A DNA stretch of 64,000 bases from Escherichia coli (GCA_002099625.1 GCA_002099625.1_4857.1); one strand, 5' to 3'. Numbered from the stretch's first letter, positions 17,655 to 28,795 are shown. Notes: generated from the letters alone by a model not told the origin. Made by a program: numbers and translations.

Positions 17655-20614
17655 TGACTACGAAAACGTACGACGCATTATCGAAAGACTTGCTACTGAT
17701 GGCACATAACCCATCAGCAATGCAGTCATTAATGCTGAACCAGCTCCAAGACGTGCAGGACGCCGACGGGCAAATCCTGCTACGTGACCCGACCGACCCG
17801 GTGGTCTACATGACCGAAGTCGGAATTACGATGGGTCACACGATTATCCAGGGCGATCGGGACACCATTCCGAAAATGTTCCCCTCTATGGCACAAACTC
17901 ACGACGATCTGTTTCGCCATATGTCTGACGTGGATTATGTCGATGTTTTTGCCCAGCCATCACAAGCGACCTTACTGTTGCTTCTAGATGTCGACTCTCT
18001 ATTAGCGAAGGCGATGCCGTTAAACGTGGCAGGTATTCGTAAAGTCGTGATTCCACGGGATACCGTCTTTACTGTTTCAGGTTACAACTTTGCCATTCAG
18101 TATCCCATCGAAATTCGAGTGCTGCCGTATGGTACCGTTGATAATCCAGCCTTCCAGGTCTTGTGGATTACCGAAACCCAGTCACCGATATCGCCCGTAA
18201 CCACTAACGCGTTGGACTGGGAACTGACAAGTGTTCCTAGCACACCGTCGCAGATACTGGCTATCCGTATTCCGGTGATGCAGTACAGTGTAAAGGACGA
18301 GAACGATACGTTGTTGGGGCAGAACACGTTTGTGATGACGCGCACGTTCACCAACAAGTTCTTCTACGCACGGGTGTGGAATAAACCGTCCAATTCAAAC
18401 ACCTGGACAGAAATCCACCACACGCACAGTCGTGACGTTTACGATCCAAACACACCTACGGCGCTGATTCAAGTCGTTAACCAATCCATTCGCTGTACGA
18501 TACCGTCTATCTACATGGCGAAGAACCTGGTAAGTGGTGAAATCCGCATGGACGTATATACGACCATCGGGCCACTCGACCTCGACGTTTCTGCATTTCC
18601 GGCGGACGAATACACCTTCTCATTGCGCGACTTGAACGGTGAATACGACGCGGGATACATCAATCCGTTGAAATCATTCTCCATCAAAATGTTGGTTGCG
18701 GAAGAAGGCAGTTACGCCACCGGGGGGCGTACACAACTTTCGTTTGATGAGCTGCGTGACCGTGTGGTAAACAATGCAGTGGGGATTCGCAAACTGCCAG
18801 TAACAGAGAAACAGTTAGAAGCCACGGTATCGGATTACGGCCTGACCTTGTCCAAGCCGAACGATTACGTAACTGGGCGTACTTACTTCCTGACTGCGCC
18901 GATGCCGGAGTCCACGTTATCTAAAGTGAGTTCCCCTATCGGGACCATCACCGCCCCGCTGTACTTTAGCTGGGATGAACTGGTGAAACTGCCGACGGTC
19001 CGTATTAACGGCAACCGTTTGACGATTGAGCCGGATACGCTGTATCGCTTCACGGATACCAGTCTGCAAATCGATGCGGAGATGACCATCCTTGCGAAGA
19101 CCATGCGTAAAGAAGATTTGGTTAACGCGGGTAACACTAACCGTTACCTGTTCACGCCGTTCCATTACGTGGTGGACATTAACAACAAATCTTGCGATGT
19201 TCGTATTTACCAACTCGATAAACCGCAGTTGAACTCAAAACGTTTCGTTAGCACCAACGTGACAACGGAGCTGAGTGTTGTCACTGCAGATTATCAGATT
19301 GAGAAAACGAGCGAAGGTTATATCCTGCGCACTGTGACTAAGTCAGAACCGCCATACCAGGCGTTAAGTGATGACCAAGTCTTTGCACAGATTTCCTTCT
19401 CGCCACGCAACGCAGACGGTAAGTTGGCGTACATCAACGGCACCTTAGTGGGTCGTCAAGGTTCGGAGCGTGTATGGGAATTCTTGTTGAAAACCAATCT
19501 CGATGTTGACCGTAACGATGAGCTGATTATCAACAACACCCGAATCACCACCGAAGTGGATGTGGACACACCTGCACCGTTGTTAACCGAGTATAACGTG
19601 TTCTACGGCTGTACGGGTTACTACCCCGGTAATTACGAACGCGCTGAAATGGATACAATGATTGTACCGCCTGCACGCGATGGTATTGGGATTACTCATG
19701 AGATTTTCAAAATCGAGCTGGGTAAAGCCATGTCCTATTACTGGCGAAAAGCACGTGCAGTAACAGACAGCATCAACTACGAATACTACCAGAAGGATGT
19801 TCTGGCGTATTGGGAAAAGGATGTTATTAAAACCAAAGACGATGGTGTAACGCCTGAGTATACGTACGACCCTAATGCTGTTCCACCGTTGCAAATCACG
19901 TACCTGCATCGCAAAGGCGATCCGAAAATAGACCCGGCCACCGGTGAACAAGAAATCGCACACCACGTTGGGGAGCAAATCTTCGACGGGAACGGTCAGC
20001 CTATTATTGCGAAGCCGCGCAGTATTAAGTTCCGTAGTGAAATGGCTGTCTTTGATGCCCGTTATAAGTTCGCAACCACGAAAGCGGTTAAAACGTACCT
20101 TGATAGCGTAATTGACAACATCATCAACTATGTTACGGTGGTACTGCCTAATCTGAAACCGCTGCTGTTGGAGCAAACTGAAGGCTTCTTTGTTCCTATC
20201 ACCACGATGGGTTATATCGACGTACGTACCGAAGACGGGGTTGTGTCACCACTGCCTGCTGAAAACCAGTTCACTGTCAAATATTACCTCACGGCAGCGA
20301 ACCGCGCAAACAGCGAGCTTCTGGCACAAATCCGGAAACGGACTTCGCAAGTCATTAACGATTATCTGTCAACACATCTGACCGTTTCAGCAACCGAGAT
20401 TGGTAATGCGCTACGCACCACGCTTAACGATGCCATTATCGGTGTTGAACTCGACGACATGGGGCCAGATAAAGACCTGCGACTGTTCACTGTCATCACC
20501 GAAGCGGCACGTGCCACGATTGGTAAGAAGCTCGATATCGAAGCCAATGGCGACATCGGTTTGAAAGATGACATCGTACTGTCGTACAACCGTCACGATA
20601 CCGAAAAAGAATAA
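17654..20614 (+). CDS. large hypothetical protein (986 aa), possibly structural
   Basis: long uninterrupted ORF followed by a strong terminator; no catalytic motif recognised. Confidence 0.7.
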   Translation: MTTKTYDALSKDLLLMAHNPSAMQSLMLNQLQDVQDADGQILLRDPTDPVVYMTEVGITMGHTIIQGDRDTIPKMFPSMAQTHDDLFRHMSDVDYVDVFAQPSQATLLLLLDVDSLLAKAMPLNVAGIRKVVIPRDTVFTVSGYNFAIQYPIEIRVLPYGTVDNPAFQVLWITETQSPISPVTTNALDWELTSVPSTPSQILAIRIPVMQYSVKDENDTLLGQNTFVMTRTFTNKFFYARVWNKPSNSNTWTEIHHTHSRDVYDPNTPTALIQVVNQSIRCTIPSIYMAKNLVSGEIRMDVYTTIGPLDLDVSAFPADEYTFSLRDLNGEYDAGYINPLKSFSIKMLVAEEGSYATGGRTQLSFDELRDRVVNNAVGIRKLPVTEKQLEATVSDYGLTLSKPNDYVTGRTYFLTAPMPESTLSKVSSPIGTITAPLYFSWDELVKLPTVRINGNRLTIEPDTLYRFTDTSLQIDAEMTILAKTMRKEDLVNAGNTNRYLFTPFHYVVDINNKSCDVRIYQLDKPQLNSKRFVSTNVTTELSVVTADYQIEKTSEGYILRTVTKSEPPYQALSDDQVFAQISFSPRNADGKLAYINGTLVGRQGSERVWEFLLKTNLDVDRNDELIINNTRITTEVDVDTPAPLLTEYNVFYGCTGYYPGNYERAEMDTMIVPPARDGIGITHEIFKIELGKAMSYYWRKARAVTDSINYEYYQKDVLAYWEKDVIKTKDDGVTPEYTYDPNAVPPLQITYLHRKGDPKIDPATGEQEIAHHVGEQIFDGNGQPIIAKPRSIKFRSEMAVFDARYKFATTKAVKTYLDSVIDNIINYVTVVLPNLKPLLLEQTEGFFVPITTMGYIDVRTEDGVVSPLPAENQFTVKYYLTAANRANSELLAQIRKRTSQVINDYLSTHLTVSATEIGNALRTTLNDAIIGVELDDMGPDKDLRLFTVITEAARATIGKKLDIEANGDIGLKDDIVLSYNRHDTEKE

Positions 20615-20660
20615 AAAGCACTACCCTCTCCTTCGGGAGAGGGTAGCCTTTTATTTTATT
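20603..20660. terminator. bidirectional intrinsic terminator between convergent genes
   Basis: hairpin CTACCCTCTCC-TTCG-GGAGAGGGTAG flanked by an A-tract upstream and TTTTATTTTATT downstream. Confidence 0.65.
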
Positions 20661-22389
20661 CGCCGTCAAGCATGTTTTTGCGATTATTGCCTTTCACCAA
20701 CGGGTTACGTTTGGCCAGGTTCAGTATCGTCTGCAGTGTAGCGGCAGCACCGCAACAACGACGCACCAACGACAGGTTACGTCGCAAGCCGACGAAGAGG
20801 TCTTCATCCCCGTCTGGGGAGAATAACACCATCGAGAGTTCACGACCGTCGGTACGCAGGCCAGAAGGCTGATTAAGCTCATTCATGATGACTTCGCTAA
20901 TCAGGTTAACGTATTCAACGTTATCCTTGGTTGCTTTCTGGAACTGCTCCAACACTTTAATCGTGTTGTTAACCGCCTTATCCAGCGCACTGTAACGATT
21001 CAGGTTAGTCGCAGCGGTGTCGTTGGTAAAGCCTTGTTTACCTAACGTTACCACTACAGCCAGCAACTCACGTTCGTCACCAACCGATAACGTGCCTGCC
21101 TGGCGCATTTGCTCTAAGCACTCGCGTCCCAAGAACGCAGATGCTTGTGCGTTGACCAATACCTTACCAGGCACGAAGTCCACACCATCATCATGACCCA
21201 CTAAACCACGAACTTTGTTTTCTGGGATAACGACCAAAGGTGCAGTAGCGTATTCGAATCCTTTGCGGGAAACGTCGCTGATGATGAAGTTCATCGTGGT
21301 GTTCAGCTGCGCTAACGCCTGACCGAAAATAAGCGCGGTGTCGTGTGCTGCTTTGTTAACTTGCTTACCGTTGTGCGTGGTGGTTGAACCTTGCTGATTC
21401 TTAAAACCTTCGGCGACGCTTGGGTCAATCATCGCTTTAAAGGCACTCTGGAGCGAGCCAAAGTAGCCGATAAGTTCGCTGGCAACATTCGACATCTGAT
21501 GGAAGTTCAACAGGTTCGGAATACGCACACCGGCTTCGCGAGCAGACTTCGGTAACGCCTGCCAGGCTTTCTTACCCACTTCAATCGGGTAGATACCGTA
21601 CGTCACGTTATGTTGTAACAGGGTATCTAACAGATCGTGAATAACCTGCTGGCTTGACTGACGTTTCTTAGTGTAGCCTTTGAACAACTCAGTGAACGGC
21701 GAACGACCCAGTGCGCTGCTCAAGTCGTTCAGATACTCTTCCGCGTTCATGTTCGTAAACACTTCGTCGGCCATCGCGATAGCCAAGTTCAGGTTTTCCA
21801 GGTCACGACCTTTCAGACCCTTAGAGGCTTCGATGTATGCATCTTTCACTGCGCTGATTTTCAGCTGACCGATGATAGTGTTTTCGGTCTGGGAGAAACT
21901 CTCTGCTTTTTCGCCGACTTTCTCAGCGTAACCTTCGCCGTCGAATTCGCCATTACCAGCAAACCCGTTACCATTGCTGATAATCCAACCGATGATTTTG
22001 ATAATCGCGGTCATGATTAACACAACCAATCCCACTTTACCTGCATTTGCCCAGGATTCGAGCGCAACAATAGTCTCTTTCTGGTGCGTGCGGGTATAGT
22101 TCGAGGTCAGGATTTTGCGAACGGCTTCGGGAATTGTACCTGGGCGAGAAGATTCAACCGCGACGGCGACATCTTTCGACAGACCTGCGCGACGAACTTC
22201 GTCAAGAATCGCTTCAATTTGCAGAATCAGTCGAGAGCCGTAGATTAAGTCGGCTTCGTTGCGTTGCATGTACAGATTGAGCTGGTTGACAGAATCAATA
22301 CGCTCGGCCATACGTGAACGCAGGACTTCACCGATCTCCCCCAAACGCCATTTGGGGTGGGTGGCGTTACCTGTCATTTCCATGCTCAT
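20656..22389 (-). CDS. hypothetical protein with one predicted transmembrane helix
   Basis: 577-aa ORF; hydrophobic segment VGLVVLIMTAIIKIIGWII. Confidence 0.65.
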   Translation of the reverse strand: MSMEMTGNATHPKWRLGEIGEVLRSRMAERIDSVNQLNLYMQRNEADLIYGSRLILQIEAILDEVRRAGLSKDVAVAVESSRPGTIPEAVRKILTSNYTRTHQKETIVALESWANAGKVGLVVLIMTAIIKIIGWIISNGNGFAGNGEFDGEGYAEKVGEKAESFSQTENTIIGQLKISAVKDAYIEASKGLKGRDLENLNLAIAMADEVFTNMNAEEYLNDLSSALGRSPFTELFKGYTKKRQSSQQVIHDLLDTLLQHNVTYGIYPIEVGKKAWQALPKSAREAGVRIPNLLNFHQMSNVASELIGYFGSLQSAFKAMIDPSVAEGFKNQQGSTTTHNGKQVNKAAHDTALIFGQALAQLNTTMNFIISDVSRKGFEYATAPLVVIPENKVRGLVGHDDGVDFVPGKVLVNAQASAFLGRECLEQMRQAGTLSVGDERELLAVVVTLGKQGFTNDTAATNLNRYSALDKAVNNTIKVLEQFQKATKDNVEYVNLISEVIMNELNQPSGLRTDGRELSMVLFSPDGDEDLFVGLRRNLSLVRRCCGAAATLQTILNLAKRNPLVKGNNRKNMLDGE

Positions 22390-22829
22390 GAAATTTGCCC
22401 TTTCAATTCTGCCATGTAGAAACCAACCACTTCCATAAAGCGGCTAATCCACAGACCGACGGTTTCCCAGATATCTTCCCCGAGTGCCTGGTTGAAAATC
22501 TCACGAACTGAGAAACTTTCCAGAGCTTTAGCGCCACCATACACGTTGCAGTAACGATTGCAGTACAGACCCACGGTCATGTCCTCAATCACGCCCAAAT
22601 CAACACAGTACAGCTCGTTAACGTCAGAGACGATGTTACGCATTACCGGACGTAAAAACGTCCCAGCGGCCTCTGCAGCGCCATATTGGCCATTATCAGC
22701 CAGTACCGCGTTATACGCCAGTGAGAAAGCAACCAGGCCGGTCAAAGCACGTTGGGCGTGTACACCTTTCCCTTCGTTGGTACGTTTGAAATCCAGTACC
22801 AGGTTATTTAAAGAAACTTTATGCGTCAT
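22386..22829 (-). CDS. hypothetical protein
   Basis: 147-aa ORF; 4-nt overlap with the downstream gene. Confidence 0.6.
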   Translation of the reverse strand: MTHKVSLNNLVLDFKRTNEGKGVHAQRALTGLVAFSLAYNAVLADNGQYGAAEAAGTFLRPVMRNIVSDVNELYCVDLGVIEDMTVGLYCNRYCNVYGGAKALESFSVREIFNQALGEDIWETVGLWISRFMEVVGFYMAELKGQIS

Positions 22830-22844
22830 GTTAAGTACCCTTAC

Positions 22845-24197
22845 TTAGGAAGAAGTCGCCTGACTAAGCTTCGCAGAAGCCACACGCAGGTCATTAGAAA
22901 GATAGCGTTCCATCGTACGCTGATAATCCACCCCAGCACGTTCACGACGACCACCAGGGGTCAACGTTTTCATGATGAAGCTAAAGACGTTGTCTTTGTC
23001 TTTCACGGTTTTCAGTAATTCGTCGATAGACGCAATGCCCTGCAGAATACGTTTACGATGTTCGTTCGCTTCTTTCGTGGTGCTACCTTTTAAGGTGTTC
23101 AGCTCCTCCACTAAGTTACGACGCATCGTCTCAAAACGTTCCTGCGGCGGATCGTAGATGGTGTTGCGTGGGTCGTTCACAATCAGGCCGAACGCGACTG
23201 AGATAGTCGTGAAGAACAGGCCGACTGGGTTGGACGATGCCACAATCAGCAGCGAAACGTTAAGCATTTCCAGCATCAGATGCACACCGTAGTTCATGTA
23301 CGACGCGTTCCGGCAGAGATAGAATTGAGACGTTTCGATTTTGTACAGGGCTGACGCCAGGTACGGGGCTGCACCAAAGCGAGCTGCGAAGTCATCTGCA
23401 GCACGTTCCCAGGTACGGTTAGCGAACCCTTCCGAACCGGTAACAAACGGACGCTCAAGCAGAATGTCTGTCACCAGATGCATGTAGATGTTCTCTTTAG
23501 ACATCTCTTTGCAGATAGTTTCCGGCTGATTCACTTTGGTGTTCAGCATACGTTCAACGTCTTTTACGACTTTCAAACGCACAGTCGGGTCTTCGGTTTG
23601 CATCATGCGGTTCGCTGCAGCATCCGCAATCAGGTTCGTTACTACCGTACGCATCAAGGTACGGAAATAGTAATAGACGTGGCCGACTTCATGTAGAATA
23701 ATCGCCGCGACTTCTAAATCCGTTAACTCGATACCGGTCAGTAGTTTCGGGGTCAGCCAAAGTGGGGACGGCACCTTGCTGAGTTCGCCTGAAAGCTTCG
23801 CATTTTTATCGTCGAACTCGCCGTTCAGCTCGTTCTCTTTTAAGAACTTACTGTAGACATCCAGGTCGGTGTTGCCCTGCACCATCTTGCGTTGCAGGTC
23901 GGCGATGATTGGGTTGTTCGCGTCGAGCTTCGGTGGCTCCACACCCGCAAACACAACGTCCGCCACACCTAAGTCGGACCCGTTACGAGGCAGGACTGTA
24001 ATACCGTTGTTGTCAAAGACCCAGGCAGCAATACCAGAACTCTGATAACCCGCTGGCGAGAAGTCGCCCGCATCACGGAACTTACGTACCACTTCCGCCA
24101 AAGAGGCGAGTTTCTTTTTATCTTGGAATCCGATGGACTCCGAGGCCACGGCTTTCGCGTCGGCCAACGAGGTTATGTGCTTTTGCCAGTGTCCCAT
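22845..24197 (-). CDS. putative zinc metallopeptidase (HEXXH motif)
   Basis: 450-aa ORF containing AIILHEVGHVYYY; hydrophobic stretch near the C-terminus. Confidence 0.4.
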   Translation of the reverse strand: MGHWQKHITSLADAKAVASESIGFQDKKKLASLAEVVRKFRDAGDFSPAGYQSSGIAAWVFDNNGITVLPRNGSDLGVADVVFAGVEPPKLDANNPIIADLQRKMVQGNTDLDVYSKFLKENELNGEFDDKNAKLSGELSKVPSPLWLTPKLLTGIELTDLEVAAIILHEVGHVYYYFRTLMRTVVTNLIADAAANRMMQTEDPTVRLKVVKDVERMLNTKVNQPETICKEMSKENIYMHLVTDILLERPFVTGSEGFANRTWERAADDFAARFGAAPYLASALYKIETSQFYLCRNASYMNYGVHLMLEMLNVSLLIVASSNPVGLFFTTISVAFGLIVNDPRNTIYDPPQERFETMRRNLVEELNTLKGSTTKEANEHRKRILQGIASIDELLKTVKDKDNVFSFIMKTLTPGGRRERAGVDYQRTMERYLSNDLRVASAKLSQATSS

Positions 24198-24267
24198 TTA
24201 GACGTTCCTTTTAGAAAATACGTTACCCACAAATCAGTATAGCAGACACCATATTTGAGAGTAGACC

Positions 24268-26052
24268 ATGGAAATCAATACCTATTACGCACCCGAGGAT
24301 GTCATCGCTAAAGAGTGCAAGCACGTCGCTTATGCGACGGACGAAGAAAAAGAAAATGACTTTGTCCTCATCAAAGAGGTCATCCATACTAAGGATGGCA
24401 GGCTTATCCCGCGCTTGGTAATGCGTGAGAATTTAAAGCGTCCGGTGTACGTTACCCGTGAAGAATATCGTAACCACCAGGAGAAAAAAGAGTTCGAAGA
24501 AAAAGGAAAATGTCAAGAACTCTGGACTACTGATGCGCAGATGGCGAAGACGTTGCAGATGGGTTTAGGTGCGCGTTTCCCTGACCCGAAAAAGAACCTG
24601 CGGCGTGTTTGTACTAGCCCGTACGTTTATTGGGCCGACTTACCGATTACCAGCTGGATTAAACAGAAATACTTAAAACGCTGGCCGAACAACATCAGTC
24701 CTAACCGTCTTTGCGTATACGACGTGGAGACCAACGAAAAGGACGGCACGAAGGAACCCTGGATCGTGTCATTTATCTTAGATGATGAAATCCATTTCTT
24801 TGGTGCTAAGAACTATATGGACCGTATCGGTAAAAACGCGGAAGAAGTCATTCTCAAAAAAGCACAGGAACTGTTAAGCAAAATCGAGTTCGACGAGAAA
24901 GACAAAAAGACTGGCGAGAAGGTGACAAAGACCAAAGACATTATCAGTGGTTATAAAATCTTCACCTATACCTGCGCTACAGCAGGGCAGTGTATCGTCA
25001 GGATGTTCGAAGAGATTCATCCGCGTCTTCCTGATTTGCTGGTCGCATGGAACCACCAGTTCGATATTTCACGCATGTTAGAAACCTTGCAGAAAGAAGG
25101 TATCGATCCGCTGGGTGTCTTTAACCATCCGGATGTGCCGGAGAAATACCGTCGTCTGTGGTTTAAAGAAGACCAGGCGAACAAAAAGACGGAATCCAAG
25201 TCACTCACCAAAGCACCGTCTCAACAGTGGCACGTACTCTACTGTACTGCGTCTTTCTACTGTGTGGATGCCATGGTGCTGTTTCGTTCGTTGCGTGTCC
25301 ACGAAGGGCAACGTCCTTCGTACAAGTTATCTGCCATACTGTACACCGAACTCGGTTTACACAAACTCGACATTCCTGGACTGCCGTATGAAGATAACCT
25401 GCAATGGCACATAAAAGCACAACGGGACTACCCTGCCGAATATGCCGTATACAACATGATGGATAACTTGTTAATCGTGTTGCTGGATAAGAAGACGAAC
25501 GACCTGTCTTCAGCAATATCCATTCTGGCAGGTTTCTCAATGTACGATATCTTCCCGTCGCTACCAAAACGTATCTGCGTGGCCTTTACCTATTATCTGT
25601 ATGACAAAGGATACGTCATCGGTTCCGTAGGGTCTGCAATGCGTAACGATTACGATGAAGAGGTTATCGGTACAGACGGTTGGATTGTTACCCTGACGGC
25701 ATGTATGAATGCTGAGAACGGTCTGAATAACATTCTGGAGGAGATTGACGAATATTACTCTGCGTTCCGTGGTCAAACTGCGGATGCGGACTTAACCCAG
25801 GCTTACCCATCGGCCACAAACATGATGAACCAGTCTCGTGAGACCACACTCATTGAGCTGCTATCCATCAATGGGGTTAGTGAAGAGATTCGACGTCGCA
25901 CGGGCGTCAACTTAACTGCTGGGCGAGTTAATGCCATGGAAATAGCGACAGACTTCTTCTGCTTACCGGACAAAGACACTGTCCTGTCTACGTTCTTACG
26001 TAAGCAAGGGGAAGTAGTGACAGAGCCTATGGAGTACATCTGCGGGTTCTAA
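24268..26052 (+). CDS. family-B DNA polymerase, N-terminal 3'-5' exonuclease part (split gene)
   Basis: 594 aa; exonuclease-like motifs in order: LCVYDVETNEKDG (Exo I, D.E), VAWNHQFDISRM (Exo II, N...FD), YAVYNMMDNLL (Exo III, Y...D); no polymerase motifs in this ORF. Confidence 0.5.
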   Translation: MEINTYYAPEDVIAKECKHVAYATDEEKENDFVLIKEVIHTKDGRLIPRLVMRENLKRPVYVTREEYRNHQEKKEFEEKGKCQELWTTDAQMAKTLQMGLGARFPDPKKNLRRVCTSPYVYWADLPITSWIKQKYLKRWPNNISPNRLCVYDVETNEKDGTKEPWIVSFILDDEIHFFGAKNYMDRIGKNAEEVILKKAQELLSKIEFDEKDKKTGEKVTKTKDIISGYKIFTYTCATAGQCIVRMFEEIHPRLPDLLVAWNHQFDISRMLETLQKEGIDPLGVFNHPDVPEKYRRLWFKEDQANKKTESKSLTKAPSQQWHVLYCTASFYCVDAMVLFRSLRVHEGQRPSYKLSAILYTELGLHKLDIPGLPYEDNLQWHIKAQRDYPAEYAVYNMMDNLLIVLLDKKTNDLSSAISILAGFSMYDIFPSLPKRICVAFTYYLYDKGYVIGSVGSAMRNDYDEEVIGTDGWIVTLTACMNAENGLNNILEEIDEYYSAFRGQTADADLTQAYPSATNMMNQSRETTLIELLSINGVSEEIRRRTGVNLTAGRVNAMEIATDFFCLPDKDTVLSTFLRKQGEVVTEPMEYICGF

Positions 26053-26104
26053 AACAAAAAAAAGAAAGGCCTCTCTACCCTAGGGTAGAGAGGTACTTTT
26101 ATTT
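26052..26104. terminator. intrinsic terminator (bidirectional)
   Basis: hairpin CCTCTCTACCC-TAG-GGTAGAGAGG with an A-tract upstream and TACTTTTATTT downstream. Confidence 0.6.
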
Positions 26105-26603
26105 AGCCGCCGAAGGCGTGCATAACCAGCGAACGCAGGTCCGGGTCGTTCAAGCGACGGGCCAGGCGGTCAACGTCGTTGGTATCACGGAAACGGCCTT
26201 TATCGGCGCAACGTGCGTAACGAATCAGCATGTTAATAAAGATAACGAAGACTTCACGTTCGTCACGATTCGGGAAGTTCTCACTGATACGGTTATTAGC
26301 AGCCGGTGCGTAGAAAATACCGTTACGGTGCTTATTAGCCGCTTCTACAAAGGCGTAGAAACCATCCAGGAAGGCCTGACCGCGCAGTTTAAACAGCTCA
26401 CGGAAAGAGTGATGCAGCTTATTATACGCATCTTTCTCAGCCTGGGTACCAGATGGTTTACGTGGGCCGGCATTGTTACCTGCTTCATCGAGCATCGTGG
26501 TGATCAGTTTAACACGATATTGGTCGTCGTTGCTGTAAGAAGCGCTATCACGGACCACGCCTTCTGTACGCGGGTCAAGGGTAGTAGTGTCTTTCTTAGT
26601 CAT
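26103..26603 (-). CDS. hypothetical protein
   Basis: track ORF 26103-26678; probable start at internal ATG (MTKKDTT...) with AAGGA SD, 11 nt after the upstream stop. Confidence 0.55.
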   Translation of the reverse strand: MTKKDTTTLDPRTEGVVRDSASYSNDDQYRVKLITTMLDEAGNNAGPRKPSGTQAEKDAYNKLHHSFRELFKLRGQAFLDGFYAFVEAANKHRNGIFYAPAANNRISENFPNRDEREVFVIFINMLIRYARCADKGRFRDTNDVDRLARRLNDPDLRSLVMHAFGG

Positions 26604-26616
26604 GAGGAAACAATCC

Positions 26617-27915
26617 TTAGGTGATGTGGAATTTAGGGATGTACTCTTTAACCACGGTTTCACGACCGTGCATCGCACCCATTGCAGTGGTCATAACGTT
26701 CGAGAAGCCGGAAGAGATATCCGCAGCGATTGCCCGTGGCTCTTCTGCTTTGTGTGCAGAGGCGCACGCCGCACAACAGTCTACGTGACCTTGCTGACAT
26801 AAGATGGGTCGGCGGAGTCGAACAACTTTACCAAATTGAGTTTTCAAATACTCTTCAGTAAGTTGGGTAACTTTACCGTTAATCATCGCGTTCATGCCAA
26901 CATAACGCTTGTAGTTATACTGGTTAATTACAAGTGCATGTGTCAGTTTTGTCCCGCAATCTCCAGGCACGATTTTGTGGTTCTGGAAGATCATCTGGAT
27001 GATACGTACTTGCTCCCCGCCCTTGGCAGTTTCTGCACCACGCATGAAGGAACCTTCTCGCGTATCATTGAATTTCTCTACCAGATACTTCATCCCGGTC
27101 TGATCAACTTCCATCAGACTCGTTGGGATTAAGGTAAAATCTGCCCCTTCTTTAAAAGCGGTCTGAATACCGTACATCAGCATCAGCTTACGGCGACGCA
27201 TACGCGCTTTAGGCGAGCTGTAGAACTCAACGGACTGGTCGCCACTCAACCACTCTTTATCAAGTTCGTCGAGAGCTTTTTCAATCATAACGATAACCGC
27301 AGGGTTATCCAGCTCGTCTTTATGCTTCAACAGCAACGCATCACGTACCTTATACGCGTCAGGATGCGTTGTAAGGCTTCTAATAGTACCGGTTGGGGCT
27401 ATCCCACGACACAACGGGGCAAGCTCGTGTAGACCCCCTACAAAGCGTCCTATCATGTATGGTCGAATCGCGTCTTCGTTGTCTGGATCGGTGTCATCAT
27501 ATTCCACACAACGTTCGTACATCTCTTTACGGTAGGCTAGCGGGTCACGAGACTCTGCCAGATACGGGAGACGGGTACCGAAAGCGTAATAGATAGCAAT
27601 CCAGTTAAAGACATAGCGACCCACGGTAGTCGGAATAGGACCAGCTAAACCTGGGTACATCTCAGGACGCAATTCAAACTGCTCTTCCGGCACGAACAGC
27701 TCTTCATCTTTTTTGCACCCTTCAATCGGCACCCACTTGGTTTCTTCGTTTTCCCAGTAATGGGGCAAGCCGTCAATGTAGTTCAGGTCGTATTGCTCAG
27801 GTGGCTCACCTTTTTCATTAAAGATAGCCACGTTGAAAACCGCAATACGCCACACCAGTCTACGCCAAGCTTCTGCTTTACACGCAGCGACCAGATAATC
27901 AATCTTGTTCATCAT
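26617..27915 (-). CDS. hypothetical protein
   Basis: 432-aa ORF; cysteine cluster DCCAACASAH near the C-terminus. Confidence 0.65.
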   Translation of the reverse strand: MMNKIDYLVAACKAEAWRRLVWRIAVFNVAIFNEKGEPPEQYDLNYIDGLPHYWENEETKWVPIEGCKKDEELFVPEEQFELRPEMYPGLAGPIPTTVGRYVFNWIAIYYAFGTRLPYLAESRDPLAYRKEMYERCVEYDDTDPDNEDAIRPYMIGRFVGGLHELAPLCRGIAPTGTIRSLTTHPDAYKVRDALLLKHKDELDNPAVIVMIEKALDELDKEWLSGDQSVEFYSSPKARMRRRKLMLMYGIQTAFKEGADFTLIPTSLMEVDQTGMKYLVEKFNDTREGSFMRGAETAKGGEQVRIIQMIFQNHKIVPGDCGTKLTHALVINQYNYKRYVGMNAMINGKVTQLTEEYLKTQFGKVVRLRRPILCQQGHVDCCAACASAHKAEEPRAIAADISSGFSNVMTTAMGAMHGRETVVKEYIPKFHIT

Positions 27916-28783
27916 CTACCTCCGCGTCCCCACTAGCGTATATGACTTTCAACGCTTCCAATCCTTTCCGCAAGATTTCTCCAGGCGGGACGTTGTCGAC
28001 GTTCAACAGGGCAAGGTTCTTTTCTAAGTCACCGTAAGCCCCGTCAAACTCCGCATGAGGAATAATCGATAAGCCCACTGCATACATTGTCAGCAAATCA
28101 ATTTCGCTAATGTCTTCTACGCGAAACTCTAACGACTGCTGCACTACCGTTAAGTCTGGCTCAGCAGGCAGATTCATAAAGACAAACGCTGACGGGTTCT
28201 CAGGGAACAACCGCAAGTAAGTGACGATACGCTCTTGGCGCACATCATCGCTGTTTCGTTTCTGGCTTTCCAACGACTCTGCTGCTAAGAAGTTTTCCAT
28301 CACGGTAAGCACGCGTGGACTTACAACAGTAATCAGGTCTTCAAAGTGCAGGTTTTCGTCACCGTAAACATAACGACACATGTTCTCCAGGATATACTCT
28401 GGTGTCTCACCAGAGGAGACGATCCCGTAAAGAGCGTCGCTATCTTCAAACTCTTCGAAGGCTTCCAACACACCGTGAAGGATACGTACGGTTTCTTTCG
28501 GTTTCTGGAAGACGATTTGTGGATTAAGTCCGATACCGAGGCGGTTGCCTAATCCAACCGCTACCTTCACGATAATGGATTCCAGACGGACAGTTTCGTC
28601 CGCGGGGTCAGACAACGGGTTGCTATAAACATCGGATAACGCCACATCGTAACCGTAATCCATACCGAGCGTCACTAAATCTAGCATCGGTGCTGCACGA
28701 CCTTCGTGACGGTTGACTGTCAATACAGCCGCATAGTCGGTATAAATATCAATCATGGCTCTGTTCCATAGTGAAAAGGGCAT
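27899..28783 (-). CDS. hypothetical protein
   Basis: 294-aa ORF. Confidence 0.6.
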   Translation of the reverse strand: MPFSLWNRAMIDIYTDYAAVLTVNRHEGRAAPMLDLVTLGMDYGYDVALSDVYSNPLSDPADETVRLESIIVKVAVGLGNRLGIGLNPQIVFQKPKETVRILHGVLEAFEEFEDSDALYGIVSSGETPEYILENMCRYVYGDENLHFEDLITVVSPRVLTVMENFLAAESLESQKRNSDDVRQERIVTYLRLFPENPSAFVFMNLPAEPDLTVVQQSLEFRVEDISEIDLLTMYAVGLSIIPHAEFDGAYGDLEKNLALLNVDNVPPGEILRKGLEALKVIYASGDAEVDDEQD

Positions 28784-28795
28784 TCATACCAAGGC

